The position numbers were made by a program, and so were the translations under genes. This document shows positions 1 through 4,948 of a stretch of 11,808 bases of DNA, in pieces (position 1 is the first letter of the stretch; each line of letters begins with the position of its first letter). Source of the DNA: Candidatus Iainarchaeum sp. (GTDB taxonomy: Archaea > Iainarchaeota > Iainarchaeia > Iainarchaeales > 0-14-0-20-30-16); assembly GCA_903916665.1 (NCBI GenBank), contig CAIWXP010000120.1, positions 1 through 11,808 of the forward strand, given 5' to 3'. The notes beneath the pieces were generated by a model. The model was not told the origin of the DNA. It saw nothing but the letters and a program-made list of their open reading frames with translations, and searched no databases.

Positions 1-298
1 TATTATTATTTTTTAATGTTACATAGAATAATTTAATATTATGTTTTCTTGCCATATAATCTTCTGCTAATTTAACCAATCCTTTACCTCTAGATTCTGG
101 AGACAAAACAATTTGAACAAAACCTGAATTCTCGGGTGATTTACAAGGTACAAATCCAACTACACCTACTTTTTTATTATCCCACATAATGCTGTAATAC
201 TTTCCATCTTCTACTATTTTCATAACATCTTTATCTTTTAAAGTTTTAAAATAATCTTCATCAAAATCTATTAACTTAACAGCCATCATATCAATCAT
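1..298 (-). CDS. GNAT-family N-acetyltransferase-like protein, partial (3-prime end lies beyond the left window edge)
   Basis: Absent from the supplied ORF track because it runs off the edge. The minus-strand frame is open from 298 to 1 (99 codons, no stop): MIDMMAVKLIDFDEDYFKTLKDKDVMKIVEDGKYYSIMWDNKKVGVVGFVPCKSPENSGFVQIVLSPESRGKGLVKLAEDYMARKHNIKLFYVTLKNNN. The ATG at 298-296 overlaps the TGA stop (297-295) of the upstream gene (ATGA overlap); alternative ATGs lie at 289 and 286. VLSPESRGKGLVKLAEDY resembles GNAT motif A (R/Q-x-x-G-x-G/A acetyl-CoA loop). The family call rests on this one motif. Confidence 0.5.
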   Translation of the reverse strand, partial: MIDMMAVKLIDFDEDYFKTLKDKDVMKIVEDGKYYSIMWDNKKVGVVGFVPCKSPENSGFVQIVLSPESRGKGLVKLAEDYMARKHNIKLFYVTLKNNN

Positions 299-963
299 CC
301 TCTTTTATTTTTTTCTTTACTTTTTTTAATTCGTTTTTCTGCTTTATAAATATAATAAGAATAAATCACAATAATTATTGCAGAAATAATTATTGGAATA
401 ATTAATAAAAAGAAGCAAAGCTTTTGAAATATTAATCCTAATAATGCTATAAATGCACTAATTATGAATAAATTTGAACCAAATATATGAGTTTTATTCC
501 AATTTTCATCACTATTCAAAGTCCAGGGCGTTCTTATACCTACAAAATAATTTCTTTTTGTATGTTTTAACATTACACCCAGATAAAAAAACAAAAAGAA
601 AAATCCAGGAATTATGGCAACACCAAAATTAAACGTTTTTCCCAAACCAAAAATAATAATTAATAATTGCATGTAAAGCATGAATAGTAAAAATGTTAAA
701 ACAAAACCATCATAGTACTTTTGGAAATATTTATAATTCTCCTTTAAAGGATCAAATCTAGGCAAAAAATATAATAATAAAAACAATATTCCTGACATTA
801 TTGGCATCAATAAAACAGCTAATAATTTAGAACTATGCCCATTTACATTCCCATTAATATCCCAATGACTAGGAACTACGTCTGGCAAATAAAAATAGGC
901 TAAAAGACTTATAACAAATAAAATTACTAAAATGATAATTGCAAAATAATTACTTTTATTCAT
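295..963 (-). CDS. DUF1648 + SdpI-family integral membrane protein (SdpI/YhfL-like immunity/signalling protein family)
   Basis: 222 aa with multiple hydrophobic helices. N-terminal YLPDVVPSHWDINGNVNGHSSK matches the DUF1648-type motif. Central RNYFVGIRTPWTLNSDENWNKTH is the hallmark SdpI-family motif (GIRTPWTL...W). The tail is Lys-rich (KAEKRIKKSKEKNKRG). ATG start at 963, TGA stop at 297-295. Confidence 0.8.
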   Translation of the reverse strand: MNKSNYFAIIILVILFVISLLAYFYLPDVVPSHWDINGNVNGHSSKLLAVLLMPIMSGILFLLLYFLPRFDPLKENYKYFQKYYDGFVLTFLLFMLYMQLLIIIFGLGKTFNFGVAIIPGFFFLFFYLGVMLKHTKRNYFVGIRTPWTLNSDENWNKTHIFGSNLFIISAFIALLGLIFQKLCFFLLIIPIIISAIIIVIYSYYIYKAEKRIKKSKEKNKRG

Positions 964-983
964 AGTATTAATACTAATTAAAG

Positions 984-991
984 AATATAAA
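984..991 (-). promoter_or_regulatory. Putative TATA box (TTTATATT) with a purine-rich BRE-like flank, positioned for a leaderless SdpI-family transcript
   Basis: The minus strand reads GTAGAAAGGA-TTTATATT-CTTTAATTAGTATTAATACT-ATG. The box centre is about 24-25 nt upstream of the ATG at 963, the spacing expected for a leaderless archaeal mRNA. No SD-like sequence sits near the ATG. Confidence 0.35.
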
Positions 992-1009
992 TCCTTTCTA
1001 CACTATCAA

Positions 1010-1753
1010 TTAGGCTTTGATTTTAGAAAATAGATAACTTCCAATGCCCAATGCAACAAAAGTTAATAGCCCTAGAATTATAAAATCTAATAATATACCA
1101 AAATGTGCCACTCCACCAAATGCTGCTCGTAAACCATCCACCCCATAGGATAATGGGTCTACAACAGCAATCCAAGTTATAATAGAGGGCAAACCTTCTA
1201 AAGGGAATAATGCTCCTGATAAAAAGAAAATTGGCATTACTAAAAAATTCATAATCAATTGGAAACCTTGCATATCATCTAAAACTGAAGCAATTGCAGT
1301 TCCCAAAGCAGTAAAAAATAAAGCTATTAAGAAACCAAAAACTAAAGCCAAAGGCAATAAAGCAAAATTTATCTGGAAACCAAACAATAAAGAAATCAAA
1401 AGAACAATTAATCCTTGGGCCAATGAAATTGTTGCACCACCCAAAGTTCGTCCAACCATAATCTTAAATCTTGAAACTGGTGCAACTAAAGTTTCTTTCA
1501 AAAAACCAAACTGCTTATCCCAAATAATTTCTATACCTGAAAACAAAGCAGTAAATAAAATACTCATTGCAATAATCCCTGGTGCTAAAAATTGAATATA
1601 ACTACCTCCACCGGCTTTTGCAAATATTGGACCAAAGCCAAAGCCAAAGGCAACTAAAAATAATAAAGGTTGTGCTATTGAACCAATAATTCTTGATTTA
1701 GATCTTAAATATTTTTTAATTTGTCTTAACCAAAGAATACCAATAGGACCCAT
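1010..1753 (-). CDS. ABC-2 type transporter permease (DrrB/NodJ-like exporter membrane subunit)
   Basis: 247 aa with about six hydrophobic segments. The N-terminus LRQIKKYLRSKSRIIGSIAQPLLFL is typical of ABC-2 permeases. Its ATG (1753-1751) shares one base with the TAA stop (1755-1753) of the upstream ATPase gene (TAATG), which implies translational coupling. Confidence 0.85.
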   Translation of the reverse strand: MGPIGILWLRQIKKYLRSKSRIIGSIAQPLLFLVAFGFGFGPIFAKAGGGSYIQFLAPGIIAMSILFTALFSGIEIIWDKQFGFLKETLVAPVSRFKIMVGRTLGGATISLAQGLIVLLISLLFGFQINFALLPLALVFGFLIALFFTALGTAIASVLDDMQGFQLIMNFLVMPIFFLSGALFPLEGLPSIITWIAVVDPLSYGVDGLRAAFGGVAHFGILLDFIILGLLTFVALGIGSYLFSKIKA

Positions 1754-2556
1754 TACTTTCGCCCCCAGGCTTTTGCATGAACTTTAAACTGATCTTTAGT
1801 TGTTGCAATTTCATCTCTAATTTCATGACCTGTTAATTCAATAAATGCATCTTCCAAAGTTTTTGTTTTTGTTTGTTTTTTTAATTCTTCACCAGTGGAT
1901 TCAATAATAATCTTTCCTTTATCTATTATTGCAATCCTATTTGCAACTCTATCAGCTTCATCCATATAATGAGTTGTAAAAAATATTGTTGTTCCTTCTT
2001 CTTTATTCATTTTTAATATATAATCCCAAATATGATTTCTTGTTTGAGGATCTAAACCTAAAGTGGGTTCATCTAAAAATAATATTTTAGGATGATGTAA
2101 TAAACCTCTTGCAATTTCTAATCTTCGTTTCATACCACCAGAAAACTCTTTTACTAAACTATCTTTTCTTTCCCAAAGTTCAACAAACTTTAATAATTGT
2201 TCAATTCTTGGCTTTATTGTTTGTTTAGAAACATTATACAAAACAGCATGTAATTCCATATTTTCCCAAGCAGTTAAATCATCATCTAAGCTAGGATCTT
2301 GAAAAACTATACCAAAAGTTTTACGAATTTCGTTTGCACTAGTTGTTAAATCAAAACCATTTAATTTTACTATGCCAGAAGTTGGTTCTAAAATAGTAGT
2401 TAACATTTTAATGGTTGTTGACTTTCCAGCACCGTTTGGTCCTAGGAACGCAAATATGTCTCCTTGATTAACATCAAATGATATATTATCAACAGCAGTA
2501 AAGTCTTTGAACTTTTTCGTTAACCCTTTTACTTCAATTGAAAACATATACATCAC
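1753..2556 (-). CDS. ABC transporter ATP-binding protein (DrrA/NatA-like, partner of the ABC-2 permease)
   Basis: Walker A GPNGAGKST, Q-loop GIVFQDPSL, ABC signature FSGGMKRRLEIARGL, Walker B ILFLDEPTLGLD, H-loop FFTTHYMDEA and C-terminal LEDAFIELTG. The track start at 2556 is a GTG. In-frame ATGs at 2553 and 2547 (MFSIEVKGL...) are at least as likely, and GTGAT at 2556-2552 could serve as the RBS for the 2547 ATG. Confidence 0.95.
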   Translation of the reverse strand: MMYMFSIEVKGLTKKFKDFTAVDNISFDVNQGDIFAFLGPNGAGKSTTIKMLTTILEPTSGIVKLNGFDLTTSANEIRKTFGIVFQDPSLDDDLTAWENMELHAVLYNVSKQTIKPRIEQLLKFVELWERKDSLVKEFSGGMKRRLEIARGLLHHPKILFLDEPTLGLDPQTRNHIWDYILKMNKEEGTTIFFTTHYMDEADRVANRIAIIDKGKIIIESTGEELKKQTKTKTLEDAFIELTGHEIRDEIATTKDQFKVHAKAWGRK

Positions 2557-2684
2557 AAAATAAATACTAAAATAAGATTCTATTTTAATTTTGTTAATTT
2601 TCTAATAAAATTAAAATTAACTATAATTATAAAAAGCAAATTACATATATAAATGTATCGGTAACGATAGTTTGATAATCAATC

Positions 2685-3977
2685 CTATGGGTTAACTAAT
2701 TGACCCATAAATAATATATTTCTTGTTTCCTTATCAATTATGTAAAACATAAATGGATGATTTGCATCAAATACTTTTGGTTCCTGTGGATTTATAGGCA
2801 TTGCCGTAGCCACAACACCAATTACTGTTGCTGCAGCTGCTTCTGTTCCTTCTTCATTAACTTCAATAAATGCTTTATGTATTACATCAGAAACAAATAA
2901 ATTTTTATTGCCAGTAAATCCAGATAAATCTGCTTTATCTGTAAAAACATCTTTTAAACCCAAATCAATTAATTGATTCTTTAAATTATTGTAGGTAACT
3001 TCTAATTTAAATTTTGGTAAATATAAATCTACCTTCTCAAAATTCATATTACTTAAAACAGTATTTAATTTATTATTGTCAAAATCATTTAATGAATTTA
3101 AATCTGTTTTGGGTAAAACTACAATCATTGATAATTGATTTCCTTTATAAGGCAATTCAATTGCTTGTAATTTTGAATCTTCAAAATAATTAAATCTTTC
3201 ATCAAAAATACTCATATAATTTACTTTTGATGTTATACCAAAATCATTATTAAAATCTTTTTCTTCTGTATTTTCTGGTTTAAATGCCAATAACCAAGAT
3301 CCTTTAAAATATATTGCATTTGCAATAACAATTCTTGTTGATGAATCTATAAAATCCTTTGATATTATATCTTTAATTTTACCATTTGTTTGATTCTCAA
3401 CCCAAGTATTAATTATTTTTACTGCACCATCAACATTACTAAAATCCAAATTATCTAAATTTGCACCATAGTATTTTTTTGCATTGCCAATATATTCTGG
3501 TAATAACGAAAAGTTATTATTTACCCAAATAGCATTTGCAGTACTTAATTTATATTCATTATTATCACTATTATAAGAATTATAAATATTTGCAAAAGCA
3601 GGTCTTCTAATTTCTAAACTAGGATAACCAAAAACATCATCTAATTCTTTTTTTGTATTTTCTTTTGAAGCTTCACTTAAAATAGCAAAAGCATCTGTTA
3701 TACTATATGGTGAATAAAATTGATTCTCTGTTTTTGACAATTCTTTGTATAATTTAAAACCAAATTCATTATTTCCAGTAATAACACTTGATAAAGAATC
3801 TGAACTTAAATTATAATCAATAACTGAATTTGAATTATTTATGGTGTTTAAATCGTTTAAACCATTTGAATCAGAAATAACAGGATTATTATTACTATTA
3901 TCAACTAAAATTCCTACACCTAACACAATTCCAATAACTACTAAAATAACAACCGTTGTTAAAACTTTATATAACAT
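2685..3977 (-). CDS. Serpin (serine protease inhibitor, inhibitory type) with N-terminal signal-anchor and Asn/Ser-rich tether
   Basis: 430 aa. Serpin landmarks are NAIYFKGSW (s3A), LYLPKFKLE, HKAFIEVNEEGTEAAAAT (s5A plus hinge), and FDANHPFMFYI, which fits the PROSITE serpin signature pattern as I recall it. The C-terminus is LFMGQLVNP. The N-terminus MLYKVLTTVVILVVIGIVLGVGILV is one long hydrophobic helix with no lipobox Cys, followed by a low-complexity N/S linker of about 40 aa before the serpin core (NNEFGFKLYKEL...FYSPYSI). Confidence 0.95.
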   Translation of the reverse strand: MLYKVLTTVVILVVIGIVLGVGILVDNSNNNPVISDSNGLNDLNTINNSNSVIDYNLSSDSLSSVITGNNEFGFKLYKELSKTENQFYSPYSITDAFAILSEASKENTKKELDDVFGYPSLEIRRPAFANIYNSYNSDNNEYKLSTANAIWVNNNFSLLPEYIGNAKKYYGANLDNLDFSNVDGAVKIINTWVENQTNGKIKDIISKDFIDSSTRIVIANAIYFKGSWLLAFKPENTEEKDFNNDFGITSKVNYMSIFDERFNYFEDSKLQAIELPYKGNQLSMIVVLPKTDLNSLNDFDNNKLNTVLSNMNFEKVDLYLPKFKLEVTYNNLKNQLIDLGLKDVFTDKADLSGFTGNKNLFVSDVIHKAFIEVNEEGTEAAAATVIGVVATAMPINPQEPKVFDANHPFMFYIIDKETRNILFMGQLVNP

Positions 3978-3981
3978 AGAA

Positions 3982-3986
3982 TCACC
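3982..3986 (-). promoter_or_regulatory. Shine-Dalgarno-like GGTGA upstream of the serpin ATG
   Basis: The minus strand reads TATGGTGATTCT-ATG, with a 4-nt spacer. It is the only G-rich pentamer in this intergenic region. Confidence 0.35.
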
Positions 3987-4010
3987 ATAAACTACATTAG
4001 ATATAACTTT

Positions 4011-4024
4011 ATTTTATATATAAA
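4011..4024 (-). promoter_or_regulatory. Putative archaeal-type TATA box (TTTATATATAAAAT) for the serpin gene
   Basis: The minus strand reads CCAATAAG-TTTATATATAAAAT. The box centre is about 43 nt upstream of the serpin ATG (3977). A TSS about 26 nt downstream of the centre would give a leader of roughly 17 nt containing the GGTGA at 3986-3982. The AT-rich background makes chance TATA-like strings common. Confidence 0.35.
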
Positions 4025-4044
4025 CTTATTGGCTATATCAAAAA

Positions 4045-4518
4045 TTAATTCAATAAAACTATTGAAAAATTTAAAATACTGGCAAATGTTACCCAAAGTA
4101 AATAAGGTATTAGTAAATAAGCACTTATTGGTGATATTTCGAAACATATAATTATGTTTACTAATATAGCAATCCACAATATGAATATTTCTATTAATGC
4201 AAATAATGGTTTGTGTAAACCAAAAAACAAAATACTCCAAAACAAATTCAAAACCAATTGTATTGCAAAAACAATTAATGCTAATTTTACTCCTGAATAA
4301 CCAAAGCCATAGGACACTATTAAATACAAACTAATTCCCATTAAAATAAACAATGCTGTCCATACTGGTCCAAAAATCCAATTAGGGGGATTAAAAATTG
4401 GTTTTTTGATAGTTTTGTACCACGTTTTAACAGAATTTGTTGTAAATATTGACCCTAAAAAACCTATAATCAAAGGTATTGTAATACATATTATTAAGCT
4501 TAACAAATTAAATGTCAT
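4045..4518 (-). CDS. tspO: TspO/MBR family tryptophan-rich sensory protein (5-TM tetrapyrrole-binding membrane protein family)
   Basis: 157 aa with five hydrophobic helices. WYKTIKKPIFNPPNWIFGPVWTALFILMGISLYLI matches the conserved TspO N-terminal motif (WY..L.KP...PP...F..VW..LY..MG). The C-terminal YLLWVTFASILN matches the family's last helix. It lies 19 nt downstream of the preceding gene. Confidence 0.9.
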   Translation of the reverse strand: MTFNLLSLIICITIPLIIGFLGSIFTTNSVKTWYKTIKKPIFNPPNWIFGPVWTALFILMGISLYLIVSYGFGYSGVKLALIVFAIQLVLNLFWSILFFGLHKPLFALIEIFILWIAILVNIIICFEISPISAYLLIPYLLWVTFASILNFSIVLLN

Positions 4519-4537
4519 AGTATCACAAAATTATTAT

Positions 4538-4939
4538 TTATTGCATTTCTAATAAAACTTTCAAAAGATTTTCAGAATCTTTCATTTCTTTTTCAATGGC
4601 TTTAATAAATGATTCTGGTACTTTCTCTAAACCCATAAAATGTAAGCCATTACTTTCTAAATATAAATAACTTATTTTTAATTTTTGCAATGCTAAATAA
4701 TAGGGATCTTGAGATGCTTTTCTAATTTTGGAAACTTTTTTAGTTTTTAAATATTCTTTTAATAATCGTTCATATTCTGATCTTAAAAATTGTGCATGAT
4801 TATATGCTTTTTGAAAAAGATTCTTTGGTATGGGTCTAAATTTTAGATAACCAAATTCTCTCAATGCCCAAAGATCTGTTTCTGTTTGTTTAATTACTTC
4901 TCTAGATCTTGTATGGCATTCTGGAAATCTTACAGGCAT
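4538..4939 (-). CDS. Hypothetical protein, 133 aa, soluble, Lys/Glu-rich, predicted helical; no family recognised
   Basis: Clean ATG-to-TAA ORF. There are only 9 nt (AGTGAGAAT) between the giant gene's TAA and its ATG, and 19 nt to tspO. No TM segment or signal peptide. I could not assign any conserved motif (N-terminus MPVRFPECHTRSREV...). Support for a real gene comes from its operonic position and the lack of overlap with other ORFs. Confidence 0.6.
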   Translation of the reverse strand: MPVRFPECHTRSREVIKQTETDLWALREFGYLKFRPIPKNLFQKAYNHAQFLRSEYERLLKEYLKTKKVSKIRKASQDPYYLALQKLKISYLYLESNGLHFMGLEKVPESFIKAIEKEMKDSENLLKVLLEMQ

Positions 4940-4948
4940 ATTCTCACT

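Noticed and set aside
2547-2556. The track's GTG start (2556) for the ABC ATPase, giving the N-terminus MMYMFSIEV
   Set aside because: I kept it only as the outer boundary. In-frame ATGs at 2553 and 2547 follow immediately, and MFSIEVKGLTKKF is a typical ABC ATPase N-terminus with GTGAT 4 nt upstream. The true start cannot be settled from sequence alone.
2656-2669. Small hairpin TATCG-GTAA-CGATA downstream of the serpin stop, as a possible intrinsic terminator
   Set aside because: It has only a 5-bp stem with two G:C pairs, too weak to call a terminator or structured RNA. Nearby oligo-T runs are a more likely termination signal if the organism is archaeal.
3992-4240. 82-aa minus-strand ORF from the track
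   Set aside because: It overlaps the 3-prime third of the well-supported TspO gene in another frame and runs through the TspO-serpin intergenic promoter region. Its sequence is low-complexity with no motifs. It is a by-product of AT-rich sequence.
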